A stretch of DNA of 64,000 bases from Trichinella spiralis (GCF_000181795.1 NW_003526940.1:3281320-3345319); one strand, 5' to 3'; shown: positions 1 to 14,346, numbered from the stretch's first letter. Translations and numbers: made by a program. The notes: generated from the sequence alone by a model not told the origin.

Positions 1-1084
1 TGAATCGTTTTCTGTACTGTTCTGTTCCTTGCTATGGCTGATGTCCCTGAGCTACGTCTTGTGCAAAATCGTTGCGGTGGTATGTCCCTTGTTCATGAAG
101 GCAGGGCATACAAAGTAAAACGTGCCGGCAGAAAGAAATATTGGAGGTGCTCTAAAGTATGTGCTAAATGTACAGTGTGTTTCCTTAGTTATTAAGGGTT
201 AGTTTATTTTGGTATAGGACAAAAAAGGCTGCGGTGGTGCCATATGGACAAATCTTGATGTAACATCGGTGATCAAGCAGAATGATCACATGGAAAGCTG
301 CCCGGTGGATGAGCACTTGGCCTACAAAATGGAAAAAAGGCAGTTTTGAAAAAGCGGAGCGCGGAAGAAACGAAACCCATTCCAGCTATTTATGATGAAG
401 AAGCTTCCGCCGTGTCCGCCGAGCCATGTACATCTGGCCATTTCCCGGTTTTTAAGCAGGTAAAGTCCACGATGTACAGCCACCGGGCAAAGCGGGTCGG
501 TCGCCATCCAATCTAAGTTGGGCTGGATTCTGTGTGAACAGAGCAGCACGAGGCCAACCACTGCCATGATCACCTTCCTGACGGCGTGGAAGAACCGACA
601 GACAAATCTTGCAGTGATTATAGGAATTAAAGGCACCTGGAATCGCTCCCGACGACTTAACCGCCCCATCGGATGTCGAGGCACTGGCAAGGTTCGAGCA
701 AGGGCTATAGTTCGACGGCGAACGATATCAGCTGCAACTCCCGTGGCTTCCAGGTCTGCCCTTGCTACCGAACAATTTCCCGCAGACAAGACGCTGCTTG
801 CTTGCTGTAGAACAGAGGCTGACGCGATGCGAAAATGATGAGCGGTAGTACGCATCGACGATGCCTCAATATGTGGAAATGGCTGGGCGTTAAGGACTCT
901 GGAAACGGGTCCGGAAGGTCGCACCCTGGTACTTGCCTTACCTCGCCGTTTACCCAAGGTGAGGGCACAGAGAAAAGGTGCCGAGTCGTATTCGATGGAT
1001 TGGCTCGATACGGTCAAGCTCTCTAAGCCTGCAGATAGATCTGCTCAAAGTCTTTCCTTTCAGTTCAGAGTTTCCCATGGTGGG
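1..1084 (+). mobile_element. Composite repeat: spliced FLYWCH/MULE-type fragment (34-~495) joined to a BEL/Pao pol fragment; near-identical to 10179-11258
   Basis: ATG 34; exon 34-156 (MADVPELRLVQNRCGGMSLVHEGRAYK..KKYWRCSK); GT-AG intron 157-217; then DKKGCGGAIWT..NDH, frameshifted at the A-run near 335. From ~497 Pao motifs VAIQSKLGWILC, RYQLQLPW, RCRVVFDG. Offset 10178 to the second copy. Confidence 0.8.
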
Positions 1085-1094
1085 NNNNNNNNNN

Positions 1095-2020
<926 letters not shown>

Positions 2021-2469
2021 TTACTTACAGTTCAAAGCATACTGTAGAAAAGTAAGTTTCTTTATACAGCATAAAATCAATTCAGTAAAATAGCTTACAT
2101 TTTTTTGAGAACTCTTCAATAAACCAAAAGATTCTTATTGCTCAATTTTGTTCTTGTAAGTTTGCTTTTTCATTTTATTTTTTCAAGTCTAGACTGATCA
2201 ACATACTGTTTTCGATATAATTCGAGAATAACTAAGCAAATATGTAATATACAAATTCCGATTTTACAATAATAATTTAATCTGGACTATATTGCAATAT
2301 ATACCATGGGCAAAGATGGACAATACAATAATAACGTTTAATATGGAAAAAGACCATTCCTAAATTTAGAGATATTGTGCCACGCCAATCAGCTAATCTT
2401 CATATTGAAAAAATGGATTGCCTGTAATATTACAATAATGTGCAAAATTAAGCATTACGGCATTTAGTT

Positions 2470-4545
2470 TTCGATAGTCGACATAGAAACGAGGGGAGCC
2501 ATCCTTCTTCCGAACCAGTACCACCGGTGAACTTCAGGTACCTGCGGCCGGTTCAATTACTCCCGCTTGTAGCATCTCCCGGATCAGTTGATCCATCACT
2601 TCCCTCTGCGCTAGGGGGACGGTGCGAGGTGGCAGTTTTACCGGTTGGACTACTTCGGTCTCAATGTAGTGCTAGAAGGTTGGAAAAAAAGTTTGTCTGA
2701 GCTCAGTCTCACCGCACGAGACAGCCTTCCTACACCGCGGAAGTATGCTGCCTAGGGCCTGTTTACTCCGCGCAGAGCACTCCGCTCCGTCCACCAGAGC
2801 GCATTCGCACGCTTCCAGATCACCGTTGTCCGTCTCAGGTCCCACTCCTCCAGTCTCCTCACGTGGCACTTCATAAGCAATCGGCGTTATCCGGGCGCAT
2901 CTGATGCTGGGGCACGCGGCTTGGTCGATTCGCGGACAATCCTGACCCTCCGCCGTCCGTCATGGTCATCTCCCGGTCTTGCCAGTCGATCACCTTGACG
3001 AAATGATCGAAGAAGTTCGTACCTGAGATCCCCGGTACGACCAGGTTCTCCACCACTGTGACATGTATCTGTCCTCTCCAGTTTCCCAGCTGGAGCGACC
3101 ATATTCCCTGGCCGCAGAGGCGCACCCTTCGCCTGACGTCGAGTAGGATGGAGCCTCTGGCAGCTCCCAAGGGCTCATCCTCGGTAGCTCTGCGCCAGGC
3201 TGACATCGGTACTACGGAAACAACCGCCCCATTGTCCAAAAGGAAAAAAATTTCCAGCCCATTTGCCTTACCTGTGACCGGCGGTGATTGTCTGGCTTGC
3301 AGTTCCGTCATCGCCAGGAGACAGCGGTCCCTGGTTCTGCTGCTCTGAGTACTCGCCAGCCAGGTTCGGGCACGTAGCTGGGGACAGTCCCGTTGAATGT
3401 GACCCAGACCACCGCAATAGAAGCATTCCATTGCCCTCGGAGAGGGATGCAAGCGGGACGGCCTATCTCGTGTCTCCTCCAGCTTGTCCAACAGTCGGGC
3501 TAGGGCTTCCACAGCCCTGTCCAGGCCGTCGTCAGCTGCTCTCCGCTGACCTTCCTCGATCTCAGTTACGCATTCCGCCAGCTGCCGTGCCAATACGAGG
3601 GTCGCCGGCTGCCGCAGACGGAGCTCTGTACGCCAGGCCGATGATAAAATGGCCGACCAGTTCGCTCTCTGATTTCCCGGCCCTGCGTCCCACTTCGGCC
3701 ACTTCTCGTGCAAAATCGCGGATGGGCTGGTTCCGCTGCTTCCGAAGACAGCTGAAGCGCATTTCCAGTCGAATCGGAAACTCGCAATGGCCGTACGTTG
3801 CCAGTATGCAGCGTTTGAGCTCGCAGGAGTTGTCCCGTGTCAGGCCTTAACAGACAGTTCCGACTCCCCTCAGTGCCATTTCCCAGACAGGCCTCCAATG
3901 TAACGACTGGATCGCTTCCTGATTCAGGGTTTCGGACGGGACAATTGCTCGCCAAGTTTTCTACTAGTCTGCGTTCTCGTCTCCTCGATGGCATCTCGTC
4001 TGCGTTCTCCACTTCGTCCGCACTCGCAGCTTCAATAATAGTGTCCGCGAAGTTCCCTTCGCTGTTTTTCTGCCCCATCGGTCCTCACCGCTGCAATATA
4101 TGAGAAGGCTGACGCCGCAGGGAGGCACTGGCGTGACCTGACTGAAATTTGATCTTCTGTTGATCCCAGCTTTGATTTTGCGTTATTCTCACGCAGTGTT
4201 AGACTGTGATAGCATGAAAGCGGAAATTCTGCACTCCTAGACATGTCCGGATCGGTTGCCAAGATTTTGAAATTCCGGGACCAGTCCTACGGAAAGCCAA
4301 CCTCCAATTCGTAGCGCCTCCTTTCCGTTCACCCTAATGTTTTTATCTTTTTCATCTTAGCATTACTAGCGATTATTTTGCCTCCCAGTTTGGTTAAGTC
4401 GTTAATAGCTGTGAAACTGCATAACAAAAAATAACTTTGCACTGAACATACAGATCCAAAGCGAACATACACACAAGGGTCATAAATAGGACTAATCTTT
4501 ATGCGAGCTGTGAAATCCTCGAATGTTAACGGCCGACCGTATCAT
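2470..4545 (-). mobile_element. Degenerate Ty3/Gypsy LTR retrotransposon, 5' part (LTR-like, gag, protease, start of RT)
   Basis: Zinc knuckle CFYCGGLGHIQRDC; protease-like LLDNGA; RT start (MLQAGVIEP..SSPVVLVRKKDG..FYVDYR) at ~2475-2670; frameshifts and stops. 4203-4505 is homologous to 36672-36982. Outer boundaries approximate. Confidence 0.85.
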
Positions 4546-4721
4546 TATTATTAGTTGCATCATTCTACAAAAATACAGAAACAAAAAATGAACGGCCTAA
4601 AGAAGAGATAACTGAAAAAAGAGATATTAAATAAACATGTTTATCGAAGTCAATCACTGTTTCTTTTTACGTTGGCAAAATAGTAAACCGCGCTCGCCAT
4701 CATGACGTAAGAGAAAGTTGT

Positions 4722-4895
4722 GAGGATTTAAAAGTTGTCTATGGCACTTTTACTTTAAAATAATGCAGTGTAATGTAAAGTTTTAACGTATTTTTTGAAA
4801 ATAAAAAATTTTTCATTTCATGACCAACAATTAAATTTTTTATTTTATTAATTAATACTTTTATTGTTTTTTCAAGGAGAATGCGTGTTATATCA
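4722..4895. repeat. AT-rich dispersed repeat; direct copy at ~8476-8652
   Basis: Both sites share aaaagttg(t/c)ctatggc..aaaataatgcagtgtaatgt..caacaattaaattttt..tcaaggagaatg..tgttatatcat. Confidence 0.7.
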
Positions 4896-5306
4896 TTTTA
4901 AACATTTATAATAAAGAAAATTGAAAAATAAGAGATGTGTTAGGAGCTTATTGAAATAAATGTATTCATTTTTATTATTATTAAATTTAAGATATAAGTA
5001 AATGAAGGTCTTTAATTTGTCAAACTTGATTTGATTTCAACGTAACAGCAAATTCCCAACCCATTGACAGTTTCACATTTGTCACTGCTTCGTCCCTTTT
5101 GCGGTTGATCCAACTGCATTCGGTTGCCGTTGCATGTAGTGTCAGTTATGGTAAGGTGACACCTTCCATGACAGAACAGCGTCATAGATAACGCCAGAGT
5201 CCTGCATGTTATTATTCAGAAAGCTAAAATAACTAAATTATGTTTGCTGGTTGCAAAAGTAAGCTGTCAGTAAATGTTTTGGCAAAATACTTTTTTTAAT
5301 GACAAA

Positions 5307-5370
5307 CTACAATATAATACAATACAATACAATACAATACAATACAATACAATACAATACAATACAATAT
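5307..5370. repeat. (AATAC)n microsatellite
   Basis: About 12 near-perfect pentamer units. Confidence 0.95.
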
Positions 5371-6872
5371 ATAGATCACTTAAAGCAGATCTGCATGTAA
5401 TTTGCGATCAGATTTTGTGCCGCCAGCCAGTAAAAAAAATGAAACAAATTGCATCAAATGCATATGCTGCAACAAATCATGCTTTTCTCTTCAGAATCTT
5501 GCCTAAACAATCGCCAAACGAAACATTTTATAACGAGATTTAATAAATAAAATTAGCAGCTGCTCCTGATCAGCACTGTGAATGGGCACTACCATAAATG
5601 GTTGAACAAATTCTGAAAAATACTATTCATCGAGATAGAAAAATCAAATTTTCCTTCAAACAAAAAAATAATAAGCAATAAATTACAATTTCCGGTGAAA
5701 CCAATGCAGCTTGCAGTTTCCATTTCAACGGTAGTGGAAAAAATTTCGAATCAAACCACTCCATTATAGCACTATTTGAAAAATTATCCAATTTCACAAT
5801 GTAATGTGCTCCTTTTCCCAAATCCCTGGAAAAAATATAATCAAATAGAGTTCCAATTTCACCTACAACATTGCAATTCAGCGCCTACAAAAAGCATACT
5901 CTGACTGAGCGAACCAATTAATACACCGCCGTACCCCTGATGCTCATTTGTAAAAAAGCTTTCATAGCCAGTTTATTATTGAAATAGTAAAAAGACAGCA
6001 TGAATAATGGAAAAGCATACAACTTTAAAATTTGATATTCTGTTTTGAAAAAAAACTGCCTTGGCTATAAGGAATTTCCTGTTAAAATCGGTTCATTCCC
6101 GTTCATCAATCAATGGGCTACAGTTGTACAGAAGTCAATTATATGCACAGGTTGTTTCCTCAAATCGAAAATCAATTATCACTCAAATCTGCGCAATTTA
6201 GCCTTGCAACTTGTTTCTGCTCAGTGCATAGAAAACTGTTCAAATGAACTTAAATGAGAACCCAATTTTCACATTTTGAAATATAAATCTTACAGATAAT
6301 ACATTATTATTACTGTTATTACAGAAAAAGAAAAATTACTTTTCCAAACAGAAATCAATTTACGAAAAATATTTGAAAAGAGGAAAATAAAGAAACAAGG
6401 CATTTCTTTTTTCAATTTCCAAACAAAACTGCAAACGCTTAACCCATAAATTACAGTATGCTATCGATGAAACGCGTCCTGATTCAACGTCTGTCGCCAC
6501 ATTTGAATCAGATTAGTCAAATTGAACCGCACTGTTCGATAGTCATCTACAGCAACTCAAACAAACCAGGCCGTTGCGCCGTCCAAATAATAAAACAACG
6601 TCCAAATTTTGAAATTTCCTATTCATTCGCCATTATTATTATTCCTTTTTTGTCTTCCTACGGAGCAATTCAAATTCTTCAAAGATTCACATTTCCAACT
6701 GACAATTTGAGTAACAAAAAAAACAGAAAATCGTATCCAACACCAAATTTATTATTAACAAATACCAAACAAAAGAAAAATCCCAAGTTCCTGCTTATTT
6801 CTTTTTGGTTTTGGATGGCAAGATTCTTTTCGGTGATTTAATACCCGTTTCTGGCATTTGAGAAGACACGGC

Positions 6873-8144
6873 TCATTTAGCGACCTTATCTTCGACTGGT
6901 TTACTGCTTTTCTTCGATTTCGATCGCTTCTTTGACTTCTTCTTAATCTTCTTAGAATCTTTCTTTTCAACTTTTTGCACTTCTTTAATGAATTCATCAG
7001 GCTTTTTTTCAACTGTGATTGGCTGAACATTGACTGCTTCATCGCTAACGGCTGCAGTTATTTCCGTTGTTGTTGGTGCTTCCATAACTGCTATTTCTGT
7101 TTCATGTGTCTGTTTGTTCATATGTTGTTTTATTGTCACCTCTGTTTCGCCTTTCTTGCTCTTATTTGACTTTGATTTCTTTTTGGACTTCTTCTTCTCT
7201 TTTCTGGATTCCTCCTCTCCAATTCTTTCTGCTGCTTTTTTCTCTTTCTCTGACAGTCTTGTCCTGCTCATTCTGTCAATTAGACGGTTGCTCTCAGTGG
7301 CTTGTGCTCTCACTTCTGGTGTCCATTGCACAATTTCATCTTCCAGTTTGCTCTTTTGTTTTTTTGAGCTTATATCTTTCTCTACCATCATTTCTGTCTT
7401 TTCTTTCTTAGTTTTTGTTGATTTAGACCTTTTTGCAGACTTTGATTTTCTTTTTTTTGAGTCTGCTTTTTTTATTTTTTCTTCTACTTTAGTCTGCTCT
7501 TTAAAATCCCTCTGTGCAACGACTTGCCCCATTATATTCTGTTCTTCCGTAAATTGTGCAATGCTTTGCAATTGAAATGGTGGTACTTGAGTTCGCAATT
7601 TTGTCTCAGATTTCTCTTTGCTCATCATATGTTGCTTTACTGACATCTCTTTTTCCATTTCTCTGTCTTTTTTGGATTTGGATTTTCTTTTCAGTTTTCT
7701 TTTCTTTTTTTCTGAATCTTCCCGTCTTATTTTTTCCGCTGCTTTGGTTATTTCTTCTGTCCCAACGTTGGAAAGAATTTGCGGAATTACATCTCTTGTT
7801 TCAGTGACTGCTGGAATTGTTTCAGGTGAACTTTCCGCCATTTCTATTTTTTTATCAGTTTCTGTTTTCTCTTTGCTTATATCCGTTCCTTTCGGTATGC
7901 TTTTAATAGCTTCCATGCTCTTTTTGGATTTTGTCTTCTTTTTTGTTTTTCCCACCTGCTTCTTGTCTGCTTTTAGCTGCAGTTCTTTTGATTCCTTAAT
8001 AATTTCCTCTGGTGTTTTCTTTTCAGGAATTGCTGTCATTGGATGAACTCGCGTTTCTTTCCATTCCACAGTTTGCCTTTTTTTAGTAACAAAGTGGTAG
8101 ATCAATGCCAGAACAATTACTACGAGAATCGCGGTAAGGAGCAT
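6873..8144 (-). CDS. Single-exon 423-aa Lys/Glu-rich protein with N-terminal hydrophobic anchor; function unknown
   Basis: Long open frame in AT-rich DNA; N-terminus MLLTAILVVIVLALIYHFV; repeated KKSKKKSKS blocks; internal duplicated segments. Confidence 0.7.
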   Translation of the reverse strand: MLLTAILVVIVLALIYHFVTKKRQTVEWKETRVHPMTAIPEKKTPEEIIKESKELQLKADKKQVGKTKKKTKSKKSMEAIKSIPKGTDISKEKTETDKKIEMAESSPETIPAVTETRDVIPQILSNVGTEEITKAAEKIRREDSEKKKRKLKRKSKSKKDREMEKEMSVKQHMMSKEKSETKLRTQVPPFQLQSIAQFTEEQNIMGQVVAQRDFKEQTKVEEKIKKADSKKRKSKSAKRSKSTKTKKEKTEMMVEKDISSKKQKSKLEDEIVQWTPEVRAQATESNRLIDRMSRTRLSEKEKKAAERIGEEESRKEKKKSKKKSKSNKSKKGETEVTIKQHMNKQTHETEIAVMEAPTTTEITAAVSDEAVNVQPITVEKKPDEFIKEVQKVEKKDSKKIKKKSKKRSKSKKSSKPVEDKVAK

Positions 8145-9184
8145 TTTTTTTTCAGATAATACGTATTGCTATTTCTGAAGTTTTTTATATCATTAGTATC
8201 GTAAAATTTAATGAAACCATAAGCTACTACATATATTATAAGTATGAAATGAATATAATCATAATGCGGCAAATGAATGATTGGTTGGTCACTTACCTCG
8301 ACAACTTGAAATTTGCCTCACGTACCCCAAGCTCGGAAAAAGATGAAATGATAAGTTTTGCTAACGCCCTCCCATAAGTAAAACTTTAAAGTTTATTACT
8401 TTGAGCAATTTTGTTTTATCTTTTGTTTAATTTTAAACAATTTTGTTTTATGTTTTGTTTAAATTTCTTTCAGAATGAGAATTTAAAAGTTGCCTATGGC
8501 CCGTTTACTTCAAAATAATGCAGTGTAATGTGAAGTTTTTATCTATTTTTTGAAAATAAAATAGGGTTTTTCTTTCTTGATCAACAATTAAATTTTTTGT
8601 TTTATTTATTAATGCTTTTATTTTTTTTCAAGGAGAATGAATGTTATATCATGAGCAAGGTCAAAATTCATCACCCAGGATTTTCTGAAATTTTACTAGA
8701 TCAACACACATATGAATTAAATTTCCCCTAAGCTAGCCAAAAGCATTTGCAGTTCAATCTGTGCAGCAGCTACGCTGCATCTGAGTAATTTTTTGCAACC
8801 CTTGTATATTATGTGAAGTCAGTACGCAATGCACCAAATGTTTATTAAACATTTCACGATACTTTACATGAGCTAGAATTTCATTATTTGTGACCAGCAT
8901 GATGCCATAGAAATGTGCAAGGCATAAATTCAAGCAATAATACTGGTAGTCTGGAATTTTAACAATGCTGCAGGCAGATGCTTTATCAAATGAAATTATT
9001 CTCTGACCAAAGCAATGAAACTCATGATAGTGCGAAACAATGGAAATGAAAGTTTTGGCAGCACATGAATGATCAATTTGTGCTCCTTGCCTCCCGACGA
9101 AAATAATTAACAATGATTATATTTCGGCAGAGCATATACAGTGCTAGAGCAAAATAATGGACATACCCAGAATGGAGTAAACTT

Positions 9185-10015
9185 GAAATGAAAAATATCT
9201 TTTCTCTGCTTTCAGTTTTGTTTGGTAAAATAGTTTCAAAATCCAACATATCTTTTGTGATCTGCAACGTTGAACATGTGGTTATCATCGCGATACAACA
9301 ATTGCAACTTCAATGTTTAATGAACCCAGTACTCGGTTTTACTTTAGATATTGAAAAGCAAATTTAATACAATTTACACGAAATGTACAATCACAAATTT
9401 TTACTTTAAACAAAATTCCAGATTTTATTTTTTATTCAAATGAAACATATGAAGAAAAACAATAACTCTTGTAAACAGTTGCGAAAGAAAAATTGGAAAG
9501 ATTAAATTCTTTTGCGAACTAGAAGTATTTTCAGAGAACAGACAGGCAAAATTAAAAAAGTATTTCGATGTTAACATTCGACAATCACCACTCCCAGTTT
9601 TAGCTGAAAACTGCAGCTGTAGACAATTTATCAATTGTAGATTTTCCCTTTGTACTTGATTAGCCTTCAACTAGCCTTTATCAGAACAATATCTGACAAA
9701 CAGCGAAGAACCTTAGGCAAAAATCTTATTTAATTGTTAGCTAAGAAGGTGATTTATATGACGAGTGAAAGCAACTGTTAGCTGAGATTTCTTTTGAACA
9801 TTGTTTATGAACGCAGGTGGATAAATGTAAAGCACTTTGAAAGCGGAGTAAAACCGATAAACAGCACCTGCTTGGTGAAATAAATAAAATAAATACTGAA
9901 AAACTGTCAAAGCTGCTTCAAATTCTCTCTGCAGTGTACATAGCATTCTTTGATGTCAGCATTTGTGCGCCATTTGTGTGTGATTAATAATCTTCTGTCA
10001 ACATCAACAAAAGGC
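9185..10015. repeat. ~830-bp dispersed repeat; inverted copy at 55819-56628
   Basis: Reverse complement matches the second site (e.g. gaagattattaatcacacacaaatggcgcacaaatgctgacatcaaa; gcagttttcagctaaaactgggagtggtga). Probably part of a non-autonomous DNA transposon. Confidence 0.85.
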
Positions 10016-10178
10016 GTTGGCGCTACAACGAATATCACAAGTTGATCTTTAATTGTTGATAAAATGAAAAATGAAAACTAAATGTTGCAAAAGGGATTTA
10101 AAATGAAATTCAAAAGCGTATGATTCATTTTCGCTTGGTCTTGCATTTGTGTCTAGTGCTTTGCGTTCGAGAGTTATT

Positions 10179-12110
10179 TGAATCGTTTTCTGTACTGTTC
10201 TGTTCCTTGCTATGGCTGATGTCCCTGAGCTACGTCTTGTGCAAAATCGTTGCGGTGGTATGTCCCTTGTTCATGAAGGCAGGGCATACAAAGTAAAACG
10301 TGCCGGCAGAAAGAAATATTGGAGGTGCTCTAAAGTATGTGCTAAATGTACAGTGCGTTTCCTTAGTTATTAAGGGTTAGTTTATTTTGGTATAGGACAA
10401 AAAAGGCTGCGGTGGTGCCATATGGACAAATCTTGATGTAACATCGGTGATCAAGCAGAATGATCACATGGAAAGCTGCCCGGTGGATGAGCACTTGGCC
10501 TACAAAATGGAAAAAAGGCAGTTTTGAAAAAGCGGAGCGCGGAAGAAACGAAACCCATTCCAGCTATTTATGATGAAGAAGCTTCCGCCGTGTCCGCCGA
10601 GCCATGTACATCTGGCCATTTCCCCGTTTTTAAGCAGGTAAAGTCCACGATGTACAGCCACCGGGCAAAGCGGCTCGGTCGCCATCCAATCTAAGTTGGG
10701 CTGGATTCTGTGTGAACAGAGCAGCACGAGGCCAACCACTGCCATGATCACCTTCCTGACGGCGTGGAAGAACCGACAGACAAATCTTGCAGTGATTATA
10801 GGAATTAAAGGCACCTGGAATCGCTCCCGACGACTTAACCGCCCCATCGGATGTCGAGGCACTGGCAAGGTTCGAGCAAGGGCTATAGTTCGACGGCGAA
10901 CGATATCAGCTGCAACTCCCGTGGCTTCCAGGTCTGCCCTTGCTACCGAACAATTTCCCGCAGACAAGGCGCTGCTTGCTTGCTGTAGAACAGAGGCTGA
11001 CGCGATGCGAAAATGATGAGCGGTAGTACGCATCGACGATGCCTCAATATGTGGAAATGGCTGGGCGTTAAGGACTCTGGAAACGGGTCCGGAAGGTCGC
11101 ACCTGGTACTTGCCTTACCTCGCCGTTTACCAAGGTGAGGGCACAGAGAAAAGGTGCCGAGTCGTATTCGATGGATTGGCTCGATACGGTCAAAGCTCTC
11201 TAAGCCTGCAGATAGATCTGCTCAAAGTCTTCCTTCAGTTCAGAAGTTTCCATGTGGGGCCGCAAGCCGACATCCAGAAGATGTATATTCAGGCGCGGAT
11301 TGCGGAGCAGGAGCGAGATGCATGTAGTTCCCTGTAGAGGGACACATCGGCGGAAATTGGCCATTATAGGTTGTTGTGAGTGTGTTTTGGCCTAAAATAC
11401 TCGGCGCTTCTGGCCATTAACACTGTGTAGGTGCACGCTAACGGCATCAGGATGCTGCACTGCGCGCCGCCGCGGATATTTTGGAGAACACGTACGTAGA
11501 TGACCTTGCCACGTCATGTGACACAGCCGTGTTGGCCAAGGAATTAGCCAGCCAGCTGCAAGGATTGTTGGCCAGTGGAGGTTTCCACCTGCACTAATGG
11601 GCCACCAATGAGCCCGAAGTGTTGAAGTCTGTCCCTGACGAGCAAAGATCCACTAGCACCAAGAGTCATCTCTGAAAGACGCTCGGTATCTACTGGGAGC
11701 GACGGGACGATCAGCTGACCTTTTCACCGCCACTGATGGTGCATAGCATAGGTAAGCACTCGAAGCGGAAGCTTTTGAGCACCGCTTTTCAGGAGAGAGC
11801 CCCGTGGATGGGCAGCTATTGGGAACGCCGCGTCCGCTCGATGAAGGAATCGCTGCGGAAGATTCTCAAGAAAGCCTTGCTTGACGAAGAAGAACTATTT
11901 ACGACACTTTGTAAGGTAGAAGCCTGTCTTACATTCGTGGGAGACGAGAGCCATGACCGCCACCCCTTATCCCTGCTTCAGCTGATGACCGGTCGCACTT
12001 ACGTGGACTTCCCGACCGTCGAAGTCAGCTATCCGGAATGGCAATCATCGGGACGTGGTCCCCCGCAGTGGAACCAGCGACGGCGCTACCGTCAGCGGCC
12101 AGCTGTGCTC
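10179..12110 (+). mobile_element. FLYWCH/MULE fragment (10212-~10675) fused to an internally deleted BEL/Pao pol (RT and integrase remnants)
   Basis: Same spliced FLYWCH segment as 34-495; then RTWYLPYLAV..RCRVVFDG, ADIQKMYIQ, YVDDL, and integrase APWMGSYWERRVRSMKESLRK..EELFTTLCKVEACL; many stops. Confidence 0.85.
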
Positions 12111-14346
12111 AGCTCGCGGCATACCATTAGTTGGTGCCACGGAGCCGGGGTGGCTGCGCGGCGGACGGTTGTCAGGAAGACAATGGTTCAGTATTTATAA
12201 CCCACGCCAACTTCTCGTCAATTAATACGTCAACCCATACGACAACTCCAGTATCCTGCAATTCATGAGAAAGCAATTAATATATTGCTAGTTTTCAAAT
12301 TCCTACATGTGCGCGAGCAAGGATTTTCACATTTAACCGGTATGAAAAACAGACTGAAGTCACCTATTGTTGGTTGAAAATGAAATGTGAATTTGTTTAT
12401 CCAGAATTCGGCCGAGAACAAAGCATTTGTGTTCAAAAGAACGAGAGAAACTTCCACGGTAGATAGATAGTAAAGTAATCTTTTGCAAATTGGTTTCGAA
12501 AATAACATCCAATTGTGACCCATTTATTTATTCATAGGACGCATTGCTTTGCCTTTTAAACGTTACCAGTAAACAATTAAGTAATTCGAGTAGCTATTAT
12601 CTGTTTATTCATTATGCATCATATTGTAGTAGCCATTCATTTCAGGATAACCAGCATATTAGAATATATTACGTATGCCTTAACAGCTCTAAGTTATTGA
12701 AAAAGAAAAAACCATTTTCAAAAACTACGAGAATAAAATTGTTAAGAAACGCTGGTCTAAACCAACCTTTTACTTGTAAAATAAACTTAACAATCATGCA
12801 TTGTTGATACTTTATTCAAATCGCATCTATCGTTGAATAAATAAGCACTGTCCACTTACAAAATAAGATTTTCGAGTTCAACATAAATTACTTTCTTACA
12901 ATTAGTATTATTATTGCAATCGATTTAGTTGCTACACCAGGAAAGACTACCGTAAACATTTTATAAAAATTTTATCGATTTGTCCTGCTTTGTGTTGCGT
13001 TCAGAAGCGAACGTGAGTCGAATTGCGGTTAGATTATGATCATTGTTGATTTGACCTATCGCCGAATAAGAATTACAGTCCACTAGCTCGCAAGCGACAA
13101 AGGCTTTGTCGCTAACACTAGGCTTTGTTTAATATCAGTTTTTTTTTGTTTTCCTGAATATTAAATTATGTGTAAAATTCTGAACTATATATTCATACAG
13201 AACAAAATTTATGAAGTTGCAGGAATAAAACGATATTTAAAACATGTTCTGGGCCGGTGTATTCTTTCCTACTCGATAGCTATCGTCAAGTTCAAGTGGA
13301 CTGTATAATTAACCAGCGGTCGACTCGTTTTGAACCGCTGAGTTCTATCTTCGGTTGTATGGTGCCCGCTTAGATCCGCGTTGTCTACCCAACGACTTAC
13401 AACCTGTAATCTCTAATGATTGCAGTTACGTTTAGCGTCACTTGGATTCCTTCAGGTCTTTCGAATATAAAGACCCACGAAAACCTATCTCGAAAGAGGA
13501 TACCAATGCTTTATTTAACTATAAATAAACTATGCAAGCAACGGCACACGAAAAAGAATACACAGACTATGACACTAACTAACACAGACTATAACACTAA
13601 CCACTTTTCTAAAAATATATCTTCTTACTGTCCATTGGTGATACTCAGGTTTTAATATTCGGTTGTAATCTGTACAACAGAATGTTTCCAAAAAATTCTG
13701 AAAATTTTTCACGTGATTATTTATCTTTTTTCCATTAAAGCGAGTTTAGCAGTTTTAAATGTTAATAATGCGTTTTTATGAGAACGTTTTACGGCAAGGC
13801 ATTTCAAAAATGTTTGAAATTTTATATCTTTTGCAAATGAAAATGAAAATAATGAAAAAATTGATTAGAAAGGAGCAATTTAAAAGTATTTTTGGACAAA
13901 ATTATGGTTTACAAGATTTTGCAAGGTTTCTGTTTGCAAGGATGAACTTACAACAATTTTTTCATAACTAAAACGCTTATAATTCAAATTTTAAATTTTG
14001 TGCATTTAGTTCTGAAGGCAGAAAATTTTTTTTATCTGAGAAGTAGCATATATTTTTATTTGGATTCATAATTGAACTTAATTATCCAATAGCTTTGCTG
14101 TGAGTTAATTTTTCTTGATTATTGTTTTGTGAGGTCTAATACATTCACACACATGCGCACACCCGATGTATATATAATTAATAATGATTTATATTTCTGT
14201 TTGTTAATTTTATAAGATACATACGTACTTAGCATTGTAAATTGTTTTATAAATAATTATCGAAATCGAAGAAATGCTGATATTTTCAGAATTGTTTTTT
14301 TCTTTACTTTTAGATAGTCAGTGTTCTGAAGTTGCTATAGGAAGTG

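Noticed and set aside
322..1017. 231-aa and 200-aa (10500-11102) minus-strand ORFs
   Set aside because: They are antisense to recognisable FLYWCH and Pao coding remnants on the plus strand and have no motif of their own.
5010..5205. Short Cys-containing minus-strand frame (MTLFCHGRCH..GICCYVEIK)
   Set aside because: Under 60 aa, with no recognisable domain and no convincing linked exons.
5274..5543. ORFs with YNTIQ or IYIY repeats (also 32924-33127)
   Set aside because: Translations of microsatellites.
7030..8046. Phe/Ser/Leu-rich plus-strand ORFs
   Set aside because: Mirror frames of the Lys/Glu-rich minus-strand gene.
12993..13680. Possible solo LTRs with TG..CA ends (similar candidates near 18000, 26400 and 32130-32630)
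   Set aside because: No convincing TSD and no second copy in the window, so boundaries cannot be supported.
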